From: a virus
Lineage: Duplodnaviria; Caudoviricetes
IMG/VR virus record: IMGVR_UViG_3300033512_000421
Span: 1-30,149 of that record
Reading direction: 5' to 3' (one strand)
Length of the DNA: 30,149 bases
A model generated the notes under the pieces. The model was not told where the DNA came from. It worked only from the letters and a program-made list of their open reading frames with translations, and searched no databases. The position numbers were made by a program, and so were the translations under genes. Below, one piece after another: positions 8,431-17,112 of this stretch (its first letter is position 1; every line of letters starts with the position of its first letter).

Positions 8431-9096
8431 CATCTCCTTGGGTAACGTGATAATGCCGTTATCATCAAAATCAATACTAAACAAATGCTGTAGCCGTGCT
8501 TGATGGATTCTGTATGCGATAAACAAGTTTTCAAAAGCACTTTCAGGGTAAGCAAGAAAGGTTTTTATACGACTTAGCAACCAGTCATCTAGCTCTTCAT
8601 TTGAATTAAAACTGTTTTCAACATCCCCTTTTATTGCCAATTGCGCTGCCATTGAGCCGATTAACCAGTGATTGCGTCCTGTTAGAACTTGCCCCTCCAA
8701 TCGCTCAATAGATTCTGCTAAACAGCCCGTTAAATGCCCTAAAACCCATTCATCATCGGCAATTTGACCTAGCTCTATCTGACTAAAAGAGGCGGATAAT
8801 TCAGCTTCTTTGTTTAAATAATCTAAATAGTTCCCCATACCAAGCGAAAAGTTCGGGTTGTTTTCTTCTAACGTACAGGCAAGGTAATGTGCTACAACAA
8901 ACAGGCGTTCTTGCACAGTCCAGTCGTGCTGACTGGCAACCCCTTTGTTTGTTTTTATGACAAAGCCTAAGAACTTGGTTGTTGCCGCTTCATACAAATG
9001 AACTGGCATGGCGGCTAATTCCAACGATTGCTGAAAAGAAAGCTCTTGCAATTGAAGGGTAAGCCGCTTGGACTGTAAAATCGGAAAATGTCGCAT
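8344..9096 (-). CDS. Putative tail/baseplate assembly chaperone
   Basis: Acidic 250-aa protein in the tail operon, ending LPPARFP... with an overlapping downstream ORF. Confidence 0.5.
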   Translation of the reverse strand: MRHFPILQSKRLTLQLQELSFQQSLELAAMPVHLYEAATTKFLGFVIKTNKGVASQHDWTVQERLFVVAHYLACTLEENNPNFSLGMGNYLDYLNKEAELSASFSQIELGQIADDEWVLGHLTGCLAESIERLEGQVLTGRNHWLIGSMAAQLAIKGDVENSFNSNEELDDWLLSRIKTFLAYPESAFENLFIAYRIHQARLQHLFSIDFDDNGIITLPKEMDGSLPPARFPVSKLLSRTARDFIGIVAK

Positions 9097-9098
9097 AA

Positions 9099-9950
9099 TT
9101 AATTATTAATAATGACTTTAGATGTGGTATTGCCACTTGTTGCGGGGCTTGTTGAATCAGTTGTTGCAGCAGGTTTTGATCCTTTGTAGGCTTGCCAGTC
9201 TGCACGGTCTATGGCGGTTAAGGTCGATAGTGACAAAGGGATAGACATTTCAACGTAATTGCCACCACTGTCTATCGGCGAGGTTAATGGGTAGCCAATG
9301 GATTCAATAACCAGTGGCGAAAAGGTGCGGTTTTTGTATTTTAGGGCAACCATAACAGGGGATTTTGACGGCAACAACACATCAACTGCATCCTCAATGC
9401 CATTGGCACTAATTGCTCTGCCGACCAATGTGCTATTACCGGCTAATTCGACTGGTAATGCCCATGCCATCAATTGATTGATAGGCGTTTCAACTTCTTG
9501 GGTCGCATTGCGCCATGCCCGAAACAGCACGGTGATTTGAATTTTAGCACCCGCCGTGCCACTAAAGACCTGCGTTGAATTGAGTTTGGTGATACCAGTG
9601 CGTCCTTCAAATTGTTTCAGAAAATCGGTTGATTTTTGTGAGGTTGAATCGCTTATCACGCCCTTGCCATTTAGCGCGTCCACAACCGGCTGTAACGCAC
9701 CGCTTTGTAACATGGCAAAGAGCATAGGGGCTTTCGATTCCACGCCAGATGACTCAAAAGGGGATTGCCAGTTTAGTGCAATATCAAGGTTTCCTTCGAT
9801 AACGGGGCATTTAACCGTTACATTTTCATCAACTCTTTCGCCCTTGCTGTTGACTTGATAGATTGAAGCGATTAAGTGCGGCGAAAGACCGTCCCACAGC
9901 GAAGATAAGGCAGGTTTTTTGATGGTAATATCTTGCTCTGAGAAGGACAT
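9099..9950 (-). CDS. Putative baseplate/tail-tube initiator protein
   Basis: W.SPFE, QVFSG, I..LFRAW......EVE.PI..L..WALP and PLVIES...P motifs fit gp48-like tube-fold baseplate proteins. Confidence 0.55.
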   Translation of the reverse strand: MSFSEQDITIKKPALSSLWDGLSPHLIASIYQVNSKGERVDENVTVKCPVIEGNLDIALNWQSPFESSGVESKAPMLFAMLQSGALQPVVDALNGKGVISDSTSQKSTDFLKQFEGRTGITKLNSTQVFSGTAGAKIQITVLFRAWRNATQEVETPINQLMAWALPVELAGNSTLVGRAISANGIEDAVDVLLPSKSPVMVALKYKNRTFSPLVIESIGYPLTSPIDSGGNYVEMSIPLSLSTLTAIDRADWQAYKGSKPAATTDSTSPATSGNTTSKVIINN

Positions 9951-9953
9951 GGC

Positions 9954-10643
9954 TTACTTGTTTAACCCTGATTTAACACGCATCCGCATTGACTTGGCTC
10001 TTTTCATCATTGCTCCTGCGCTATGGCTTTTTTTCTGAGCTTTGCGGATGGCTGCTTTTTGCGCCCCTGATAAGCGTACCGTGCCGCTTATGCGTTTGTT
10101 GATTCTGACTTTTTTGCCATTGTGAACTGCGAAACGTTTTTTATAAACAGCATCGAAAATCCCGTTGTCATCCTCAGTTTCAAACCCAAAACTGTCAATA
10201 TCATCGGCTGCCTCGTCATCACTTGGAAGCGATTCAATCAGCAAATCCCGAATACGATTTGCTGTTTCCTCATCCCATTCGTTAAATAACGATACAGCAT
10301 CGCTTTCATCTGCACCGTGTCGAACAATATAATCCAAGGCAAAATTTGAAACAATATCAAAAGCATCTGCTTCGTCATCGTCAACCTCACCATTTTTGTT
10401 GTCATCAACGATACCGACCAACAAAGCAAATAAACGGTCAGATTGTGTTTCACCCTCGCCTAAGTCGATGTCAGAATCTGCCCATTGCTGCACTGCGGCG
10501 GCGGCTTTAATTTTAAGGTCTGTCACACCGTAATTGGCAGCCCCATCAAGAACAGGCTTGCTTTTTTTGTCGGTATCGCAACCATCAAGAATCGGTTGTT
10601 TGGCATACCGACTCGGGTCTGTTAATTTATCGTGTATATCCAT
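9954..10643 (-). CDS. Prohead core/scaffold-like protein (T4 gp68-like charge pattern)
   Basis: Very acidic N-terminal region and basic C-terminus RLSGAQKAAIRKAQKK...KRAKSMRMR..SGL, reminiscent of T4 gp68. Confidence 0.6.
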   Translation of the reverse strand: MDIHDKLTDPSRYAKQPILDGCDTDKKSKPVLDGAANYGVTDLKIKAAAAVQQWADSDIDLGEGETQSDRLFALLVGIVDDNKNGEVDDDEADAFDIVSNFALDYIVRHGADESDAVSLFNEWDEETANRIRDLLIESLPSDDEAADDIDSFGFETEDDNGIFDAVYKKRFAVHNGKKVRINKRISGTVRLSGAQKAAIRKAQKKSHSAGAMMKRAKSMRMRVKSGLNK

Positions 10644-10645
10644 TG

Positions 10646-12286
10646 TTAAATCACCAATGTTTGAGTGCAGTAAATTTGCCGTGTTGTTCCAACAAAGCAG
10701 GGCCAGTAATCGACAACAATTGCATCAATCAGCGTCCCATGAGGCATAACACGGTATTCAAAAAAATCTTTGCTAAATGAGGTCTCTTTAGGCGGTACAA
10801 CCCAGTCAGCGGCGCGTAAATCGGCTCGCATTTGATGCAAAAACTCACTCATTTCGGAGACTGCCACATCAATTGGTTTCTGCGCTAAATCTTTACTGCG
10901 CCGCGTAATGCGGTCATCAATATCAACTGACATATCAATAACCGCCGTGAGTTTTTTCAAGCTGTTATCGACCAACGCCCCTGTCAACGAATCAAAGAAG
11001 ACATAACGCTGTCCACCCGTGTAAGTTTCGCTGATAACGGGGTTGATTTTTGCTCGTGCTAAGTCATTTTTATCTTGTCCGGATAACTGGACAACTTGCG
11101 TTACAGCGCGGCGGTTTAGTGGAAAATCTTTACCCGCCACTGGATAATTTTTAGGCGCATATCCCCGTGCATTTTTTACCGCATTGCGTGCGCAGGCATA
11201 GGCAATATTCAGGGTCGCTGTGCCTAAAAACCCCTTGCCGTTTACGCCTGTGGGGTCTTGTGATTTTAACGGTGTCCAATATGACCATACCAAGTGAGAG
11301 CTATTAAAATTGCCACCGATATTAAGCTGCTCATAAAAAGCAATTGCCGCTTCTTTGCTTAACCCACCATACACATCAAACGGCATTGGCTTGTTAGTTT
11401 CATACGCCAGTTGAATAAATTGTGCTAATAGGGCTGGGGACTGTGTGCCGCCGGACGAAATGTAACCAAAATTAAACGGCGTAGTTTGTAATGCAGTTCG
11501 GGCGGCAATGTAATCGGCTGTCGTATAGCCCGTCCCCCCTTCGTCAAAGCAAACCAGCACCGGTGAACTTGCCCAATTCGGCAAGCCCGTTTCGTTATAA
11601 CCGTAAGCAGGCGAATTGGCGGCAATTTCGGTAATCGAATCCCATGTATAAACTTCAACGGCATCGGTTTGATTGGCGACTAAATTGGACAAATAGTTGG
11701 TTTGCTGGTAATCATCCAAACTGTCAGGGTTTAACGAGCCGGTAAAATCAAACAGCGGTAAATTATCTTTGTCTTTAATGCGTAAATTAATCTTGTCATT
11801 CGCAACTGACATACCGCCGACACGTTTTTCTTCAACGTGAATTTCACATTTGATGCCATCGTTAAAGCACTCTAAGTGCTTGATAGCAATTAAAAAAGGC
11901 GTTGTCGGTAATGTGTCGGTTACTGACCAAACAATCGGGTCTGAGGTCGTTGTGCCTAGCCGAGCTACCGCATATTTAATCACCGCTGCACTGGTAATTA
12001 AGCGTTGCACAATGGCTTCATACGCGCCGTTGTTTAATGCCTCAACGATATGCACCCACGCTTCATTCAGCATAGACACGCGCATCGCTTCGCCCTTGCC
12101 AATTTTTGCCTGATAATTGCCCTTATTGACTTTGAAAGGCTTGTCAATGCGTCCGCGTGTTAAGCGGCACATCGTGGCAAATTGCTGGTCGTAATTATCC
12201 GCTGTGGGGATTTCAGAGTTATCGCGTAAGGGGTTTAATTGCACCCCCGATTCCGCGTTAAGTTGTCGTGTAAAAGAAGCAGCCAT
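10646..12286 (-). CDS. Contractile tail sheath protein (P1 gp22-like)
   Basis: 546 aa. N-terminal SGVQ...RGRIDKPF, PVAG, LARAKINPV and a C-terminal 'YWPCFVGTTRQI' strand. Adjacent to the capsid gene as in P1. Confidence 0.8.
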   Translation of the reverse strand: MAASFTRQLNAESGVQLNPLRDNSEIPTADNYDQQFATMCRLTRGRIDKPFKVNKGNYQAKIGKGEAMRVSMLNEAWVHIVEALNNGAYEAIVQRLITSAAVIKYAVARLGTTTSDPIVWSVTDTLPTTPFLIAIKHLECFNDGIKCEIHVEEKRVGGMSVANDKINLRIKDKDNLPLFDFTGSLNPDSLDDYQQTNYLSNLVANQTDAVEVYTWDSITEIAANSPAYGYNETGLPNWASSPVLVCFDEGGTGYTTADYIAARTALQTTPFNFGYISSGGTQSPALLAQFIQLAYETNKPMPFDVYGGLSKEAAIAFYEQLNIGGNFNSSHLVWSYWTPLKSQDPTGVNGKGFLGTATLNIAYACARNAVKNARGYAPKNYPVAGKDFPLNRRAVTQVVQLSGQDKNDLARAKINPVISETYTGGQRYVFFDSLTGALVDNSLKKLTAVIDMSVDIDDRITRRSKDLAQKPIDVAVSEMSEFLHQMRADLRAADWVVPPKETSFSKDFFEYRVMPHGTLIDAIVVDYWPCFVGTTRQIYCTQTLVI

Positions 12287-12288
12287 GA

Positions 12289-12702
12289 TTAACCACCTTT
12301 GGCTTTTTTGCCAGTTGTTGTCTCATTCGCAACAGGTTCTGTGGGTTCAGTAACAGGTTCTGTGGGTTCAGTAACAGGCGTATCGACTGTCACATTAGGC
12401 ACACCCGCGTCAATAATTACCAGTTCAGCGTGCTTGTGATTTTCAGCAATGCTTTCTAGGTCAGAAACCATACGGTGCATATCGCTTAAGCTGTTTACCG
12501 TTACCGTTGCTGTACAATTTTTTAAATCGTGCAGCGGTTTTAAATGGAATTTATCAGGCAAAACCAAGGAAAACATTGCGCGATTGGTTACAGACACCGA
12601 CAAAGGAAAGTCATTTTGTTGAAATTCTTTTGTCACTGTGTCGTTGGCATCAATACCCGTTACAGAGGGCGCACCAACACCGAATTTTACGGTTCTAGTC
12701 AT
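12289..12702 (-). CDS. Small virion-associated protein with PVTEPTE repeats
   Basis: Lies between the capsid and sheath genes. 21-bp tandem repeat at 12331-12378. Confidence 0.55.
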   Translation of the reverse strand: MTRTVKFGVGAPSVTGIDANDTVTKEFQQNDFPLSVSVTNRAMFSLVLPDKFHLKPLHDLKNCTATVTVNSLSDMHRMVSDLESIAENHKHAELVIIDAGVPNVTVDTPVTEPTEPVTEPTEPVANETTTGKKAKGG

Positions 12703-12704
12703 GA

Positions 12705-14411
12705 TTATTTAAGTCCTGTCAAAGTGATTAAGGCAAAACCTTTGGCACTGGGGGTGTGCGGATTGGGTTTGATAAACGTTTTTTCAAAATAGCCCACGCC
12801 CTCATCCAGGTTTAAAGTGCGATTAGTTGGTAGCAGTAATGGACTTACTGCTTGCCCCATAACTACCGCTGAACGCGCCACATCTTGACTTTGCCCCACG
12901 CAAAGCAACTCAGCGGTTGTAATGTCGTTTCCATCGGTGGTTTCGTTAATGCTTGGGCTGTAATAGAACTCGTAAATACCGTCCAATGTACCAATACGGT
13001 GAATGCCTGGGTAATCACGAATGCCCGATGAAACAAAACGACTACTGTTTTTCAGCAAGTTAAGCCATGACTTAACTTTTTGACCGCAATAGACATGACT
13101 TACACCATAGGAATTGGTGTTGACTGCCATTTTTTGCGAAACAGCACCCAAGGGTATTGAGATGTTTTCAATGGATTGCTCTCTGGTTTGTGCGCCAGTT
13201 GCTAGCCAAGTGTCGATTGCAAAAGAAGCCTGATTTTCGAGTGCTAACCGCCGCCCATACGTCAACGCTAAATAATGCTTTTCGTTCATTAATTGCCGCT
13301 GTAATGCCGCCATAAGTTGCGACATAGGGTCAATACCTGCTTCATTATTGAATTGAGTACGCGCATCCACGCCAACCATTGCGCTGGCTCGCCAGGGACT
13401 GGCAAACAGCGAATAAACAGAGGAGTCTAAGCCGATGGAAGGAATGATTGCGGATTGGCGGTTATAATCAATAATGCCTTCTACGATTAATTCACTGCCG
13501 TTGGGCAATGCAGGACTAGAAGCAACACTAATTTCACCTGTGTCTGTATTAACCGTGCCACTCAATGAGTAAGTCACATTTGACAAGGTTACTGAGCCAC
13601 TTAAATTAGACACGGCTGTTTGAGTGGTTACTTCTTTAGCGACTTGATGACCGTTGGCATAAACAACGGACGCGCCTTTGACCAACTTAACTGCGACCAC
13701 ATCCCCCGCAACCGCCGCGCAATTGTCAGAATCTGTTTGCACACTGGTTAATTGCCCTGTTCCCGTGCCACCTGCGCCAATCACAATTTTGTCAAAACGA
13801 GAGGAGGTTATGTAGGCTCTGCCTGAATTGATGCCGTCAATGTTTGCACCCGCTTCATATTGTCCAAAATGATTGGTCGCGTTGTGATTGACAATAATCA
13901 ATTTAGCTTCACCTGAGCCAATGTCAGTGGGTAAAGTTGTTGCCCAAGGAATTGCCGAGGTTAAGGCAGTGGTGATTGAAACAATGGCACGGTTGGCTTG
14001 CATTGCGCCGTTTTCGGGCAGCATATTAGACGCATCATCTAAGATAGCTCCAGCGGCTGCATAATTGCGCTTGATGTTGTTGCGTGTTTGCTGATAAGCC
14101 GCATTAAGCGTAAATTCAAGTAAATCAGGGGATGGTGCTTGATTATGCTGGGTTTCGTAATCAGCGATGCTGTCCAAAAAAGCCGCAATAACAGGGGCTT
14201 TTCCTGCTGTTCCCACCTCGTCTAGTAATTGAGCAAAACCGTCAGGTACACCTAGGCTGTTTTGCCCTGTTATCGCGGTTTCAATCGCATCGCTAGCTGC
14301 GCTAACAGAGTCTAAAAAGCTTTCAGAGTCTTGTGTGAACAGGCGCAGGTTATCCGCAAACTTTGCGGCGGCTTTCGCGCTGGTGGAATGGGATGTACGT
14401 TTTGTTGCCAT
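12705..14411 (-). CDS. Major capsid protein (P1 gp23-like)
   Basis: 568 aa with a propeptide-like N-terminus, a beta-rich insertion (GTVNTDTGEISV) and an HK97-like C-terminal IGTLDGIYEFY. First gene after a late promoter. Confidence 0.8.
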   Translation of the reverse strand: MATKRTSHSTSAKAAAKFADNLRLFTQDSESFLDSVSAASDAIETAITGQNSLGVPDGFAQLLDEVGTAGKAPVIAAFLDSIADYETQHNQAPSPDLLEFTLNAAYQQTRNNIKRNYAAAGAILDDASNMLPENGAMQANRAIVSITTALTSAIPWATTLPTDIGSGEAKLIIVNHNATNHFGQYEAGANIDGINSGRAYITSSRFDKIVIGAGGTGTGQLTSVQTDSDNCAAVAGDVVAVKLVKGASVVYANGHQVAKEVTTQTAVSNLSGSVTLSNVTYSLSGTVNTDTGEISVASSPALPNGSELIVEGIIDYNRQSAIIPSIGLDSSVYSLFASPWRASAMVGVDARTQFNNEAGIDPMSQLMAALQRQLMNEKHYLALTYGRRLALENQASFAIDTWLATGAQTREQSIENISIPLGAVSQKMAVNTNSYGVSHVYCGQKVKSWLNLLKNSSRFVSSGIRDYPGIHRIGTLDGIYEFYYSPSINETTDGNDITTAELLCVGQSQDVARSAVVMGQAVSPLLLPTNRTLNLDEGVGYFEKTFIKPNPHTPSAKGFALITLTGLK

Positions 14412-14466
14412 GTTTTTACCTATTGCAATAAGTGATTAAACGTTGCTCTTATGAGCAGTAGGCAAT

Positions 14467-14507
14467 AGTGTACGGCGGTAAAAAAGGGCGAAAGGTTGGT
14501 TTTTCCT
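14467..14507 (-). promoter_or_regulatory. Putative phage late promoter (GGAAAAACCAACC plus -10 TACACT)
   Basis: TACACT begins 34 bp after the first G of the box. Confidence 0.7.
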
Positions 14508-14521
14508 AGTGTGATGGGCAT

Positions 14522-14549
14522 AAAAAAAGGCGGGGTTAGCCGCCTTTTT
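14522..14549. terminator. Bidirectional intrinsic terminator ending the Rha operon
   Basis: AAAAAGGCGG-ggttag-CCGCCTTTTT. Confidence 0.8.
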
Positions 14550-14565
14550 GAGTTACCTTTTTTAA

Positions 14566-14982
14566 TCAAGAGGGTTTTCTGCGATAAACCTTGTCTGCTT
14601 TAAAGCTTAAGGGTTTATTGCAATCTTGCCAGTTGTTTAAATCATTTGCATATCGCCACTGCCAAAGCGTTATCGCCTTTTCCTCCCCATAAAATTCAAC
14701 ATCATGGGCATATAATTCACAGATAGGTTTTAATTCAGTTTCAACAAAATCAACTTCATCATTAAGTTTGTTATCCCATAAAAACACCTCTGCCTCGCAA
14801 CATTGACTGACTTGATGATAATGATATTCAGCATTTAATAAATTACCTTGAAAGTCTTCTTCCTCCATACGCGGGTGTCTGTATTCGGTGAGTTCACACT
14901 CCCCACAGCCATTTTCGCAACACCACACTTGCTGAGGCTCTAAATCAGGTAGTTTGAACCGTTTTTCAATAATAGCCATCAA
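14566..14982 (-). CDS. Hypothetical protein with Cys-rich N-terminus
   Basis: CCENGCGEC...SQCCEA suggests metal binding. Last gene of the Rha operon. Confidence 0.6.
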   Translation of the reverse strand: MMAIIEKRFKLPDLEPQQVWCCENGCGECELTEYRHPRMEEEDFQGNLLNAEYHYHQVSQCCEAEVFLWDNKLNDEVDFVETELKPICELYAHDVEFYGEEKAITLWQWRYANDLNNWQDCNKPLSFKADKVYRRKPS

Positions 14983-15195
14983 TCACCCCGCCTTAACTTT
15001 TTTAAAAATGTCCAGTATATACGTTGAAAACAGGTTTTTACGCCCGCTCTCATACCCCGTTTTTTTAGCTATTTTAGTCTTGTCACTCAGGGTTATAATT
15101 GTTTTTGACACTTTAGTAATTTCTAAGGTTCGCCTTTGTGGACCATTGGCGACAAGAACCTTGTCACCGACTTCTACAGTTTGTAAGTCTGGCAT
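14983..15195 (-). CDS. Small beta-barrel (SH3-like) hypothetical protein
   Basis: VEVGDKVLV...ITKVSKTIITL pattern. Translationally coupled to its neighbours. Confidence 0.6.
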   Translation of the reverse strand: MPDLQTVEVGDKVLVANGPQRRTLEITKVSKTIITLSDKTKIAKKTGYESGRKNLFSTYILDIFKKVKAG

Positions 15196-15196
15196 T

Positions 15197-15379
15197 TTAT
15201 TTCACCCTCACTAAACGCGGCTTATCCGTTTTCACCGCCTGATGTTCAAATCTTTCCGCATGAAGCAAGTCAATTAACCGCCCTAACTGTTCTTGCGCTT
15301 CGTTTTGTGCAATCGCTAATTTCCACAATTCAACGATACATTGAACCATAAAAACACGCTGTTCTTGCGTTGCCATCAC
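15197..15379 (-). CDS. Hypothetical protein
   Basis: Coupled to the upstream gene through GTGTGATG with an AGGT RBS. Confidence 0.55.
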   Translation of the reverse strand: MMATQEQRVFMVQCIVELWKLAIAQNEAQEQLGRLIDLLHAERFEHQAVKTDKPRLVRVK

Positions 15380-15786
15380 ACACCTACCGTTTCAAATGAA
15401 TGGTACATTGAAATATCAGCACCAGGATTAGCGGCCTTCTCATCTATGAGTTCTGATAATGATTTGGCTATTTTGACCTGATTGCCGAACATTTTAGGAT
15501 AAAGTGTTTCGTCCCATCCGGTCAGCGAACAAATAACGTTTCGCTCCCAAGATGACGGTCTCGTAACGCCTTCAGAAAAACGGTCACAAACACTTTCAAG
15601 CATCGTTGTCACCAGCGGTTTAAAATCATCGCGTTTTTTGTTGTAACCTTTTTTCATTTCAGGCGTATTACAACCATAATCTTGAACGCACAAAGCATAA
15701 GCCAATGCTTCCAAGTATTGAAAGCTTGACTCCGATAAATTTAAGGTAACAGTTACTTTTTTATCACTGATTTGACTCATCATCAC
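15376..15786 (-). CDS. Hypothetical protein
   Basis: Coupled to the Rha-fusion stop codon and flanked by 15-bp direct repeats. Confidence 0.6.
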   Translation of the reverse strand: MMMSQISDKKVTVTLNLSESSFQYLEALAYALCVQDYGCNTPEMKKGYNKKRDDFKPLVTTMLESVCDRFSEGVTRPSSWERNVICSLTGWDETLYPKMFGNQVKIAKSLSELIDEKAANPGADISMYHSFETVGV

Positions 15787-16760
15787 ACACCTACCTTGTC
15801 ATTTTTAAAATGCAGTTTCAGGGCTTTGTTGTGATTAACGATGCGATACAGTGACAAAATAGGGATGTCCTGCTTAAATTCATCCTCTAAAATCGAATGC
15901 AGCAAGGTCACTTTCCGCTGTGACCAAGGAATAAATGTTTCTTGGTTAGCTGGGTCTGCCGACTGCACGATTAAGGCTTCAAAACGTGCCACAACCGCAT
16001 CGGATAGCCGAGAATGGCGGCCGCGTGTTTCTTCTTTAAACACCCGTGGCATTTTTCCCGTTTCAATAAATTCCTTGCGGTAGCGGCAGCGTAGAGCTTT
16101 GATAGAACCTGCCTGTGAGCCGCTGGTTTTTTTGGCATCTAAAAATCGTGCCAGTGCGACTTCAAAAGCTTGTCGGGACACAATGGCTTCATTAAGATTT
16201 TCATCCACACAAGGCAGGTCGGCTTGAGCTTGCGGCGGGGCTTTTATCCCGTCTGCGGTTTCCGCGCTGACGGTGATATTGACGGGGGCTTTTTTTAGAA
16301 GTGCCAAGTGGTGCGTTAATAAGTCGCGCCGTTCTGTGTAAGTTTCGTAACTGATAGGGTCGGTGACGGGTTTTAAAAAGTCGGGCAGGTCGGTGGGCGC
16401 GGCTTGTGAAGTTATGGGGAAAAGCTTGTTATACATAAAATCAAAGGCATTGATATAAGCTTCCTTTATCTGCATTGCCTTTTGCCCTGTAAAACTCATA
16501 ACAACCATAACAAAGCCGTTTTTTGTGAGTTCGTAAGCGGGGTCTTTACGGATTCCAAAGCCTACTTTTACATCCACTTCAATGAGCGCAAAATTGCGTT
16601 TATTGAAAGAATCAGATACTTGCGTGATTATTTCTTCAATTGAGCGCAAAACATCAGCATGACGTTTGTCGAATGCTTCGGCAATTTTTAGCGAGGTGGT
16701 TTTGAGTTCGTGATGGTGAGCAAAGATAAATTGCTCAGGGATTATTGCGGATGTGGTCAT
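15783..16760 (-). CDS. Rha-family antirepressor/regulator fused to a transposase-like N-terminal DNA-binding domain
   Basis: Rha motifs TTSLKIAEAFDKRHADVLRSI, NFAL, YELTKNGF and FTGQKAMQIKEAYINAF. Start revised to ATG 16760 (AAGGAG RBS). C-terminal ~135 aa contains ...RGRHSRLSDAVVARF...LHSILEDEFKQDIPILSLYRIV. Confidence 0.8.
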   Translation of the reverse strand: MTTSAIIPEQFIFAHHHELKTTSLKIAEAFDKRHADVLRSIEEIITQVSDSFNKRNFALIEVDVKVGFGIRKDPAYELTKNGFVMVVMSFTGQKAMQIKEAYINAFDFMYNKLFPITSQAAPTDLPDFLKPVTDPISYETYTERRDLLTHHLALLKKAPVNITVSAETADGIKAPPQAQADLPCVDENLNEAIVSRQAFEVALARFLDAKKTSGSQAGSIKALRCRYRKEFIETGKMPRVFKEETRGRHSRLSDAVVARFEALIVQSADPANQETFIPWSQRKVTLLHSILEDEFKQDIPILSLYRIVNHNKALKLHFKNDKVGV

Positions 16761-16803
16761 TTCTGACTCCTTACGGTTTCTTTTCAAGGAAGCCTCCGAA
16801 GAG

Positions 16804-16879
16804 GCGAGTTAAGAGCTTGAAAACATCCCATAAGTGATGCAACAGATATTCAATATATTCTCTGTCACTCTTAACCCGC
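16804..16879 (-). ncRNA. C4-type antisense RNA (76 nt)
   Basis: Closing stem GCGGGUUAAGAG/CUCUUAACUCGC, an internal hairpin, and single-stranded CUUAUGG and UUUUCAAG complementary to target pairs upstream (16961-16984) and downstream (16770-16788). Confidence 0.85.
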
Positions 16880-16920
16880 GAGAGTAATTATGCCACAAGT
16901 GACACAATTATAAAAACGAT

Positions 16921-16990
16921 GGGCAAAAAAATACCGCTTGTCTGTCGGGTGCGGAATCCGCTTATGGTTTGTGAGCTTTTCAAGACTCTG
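16921..16990 (-). promoter_or_regulatory. c4 a1-b1 target leader with alternative terminator/antiterminator pairing
   Basis: a1 CUUGAAAA and b1 CCAUAAG, then GCGG..CCGC...GCGG-UAUUUUUUU, where CCGC can pair with either GCGG. Confidence 0.7.
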
Positions 16991-16996
16991 CGTAAA

Positions 16997-17026
16997 ATCT
17001 TACACCCGCGACTGGAAACTTGTCAA
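16997..17026 (-). promoter_or_regulatory. Sigma70 promoter for the c4-rha operon
   Basis: TTGACA (17026-17021), 18-bp spacer, TAAGAT (17002-16997). Confidence 0.75.
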
Positions 17027-17037
17027 GCGGTTGTTGA

Positions 17038-17064
17038 CAGTCGAATTTTAAAAATAGTTGACCT
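17038..17064 (+). repeat. Internal copy of the terminal repeat motif
   Basis: CAGTCGAATTTTAAAAATAGTTGACCT versus terminal CAGTCGAACTTGAAAGAAAGTTGACCT: 23/27 identical. Confidence 0.8.
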
Positions 17065-17074
17065 GTAAGGCAAT

Positions 17075-17107
17075 AAAAAAGCCCGTAACATCCATTACGG
17101 GCTTTTT
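17075..17107. terminator. Bidirectional intrinsic terminator
   Basis: AAAAAGCCCGTAA-catcca-TTACGGGCTTTTT. Confidence 0.85.
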
Positions 17108-17112
17108 AGGCT

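Noticed and set aside
4135-12286. Tailocin, eCIS or T6SS cluster
   Set aside because: Portal, capsid and prohead protease genes are present, so this encodes a DNA-packaging virion.
16761-16787. ORF-track N-terminal extension of the Rha gene (and likewise 17464-17580 for LprI)
   Set aside because: Better RBS-ATG pairs lie at 16760 and 17463. The first extension overlaps C4 target sites and the second overlaps the tape measure gene.
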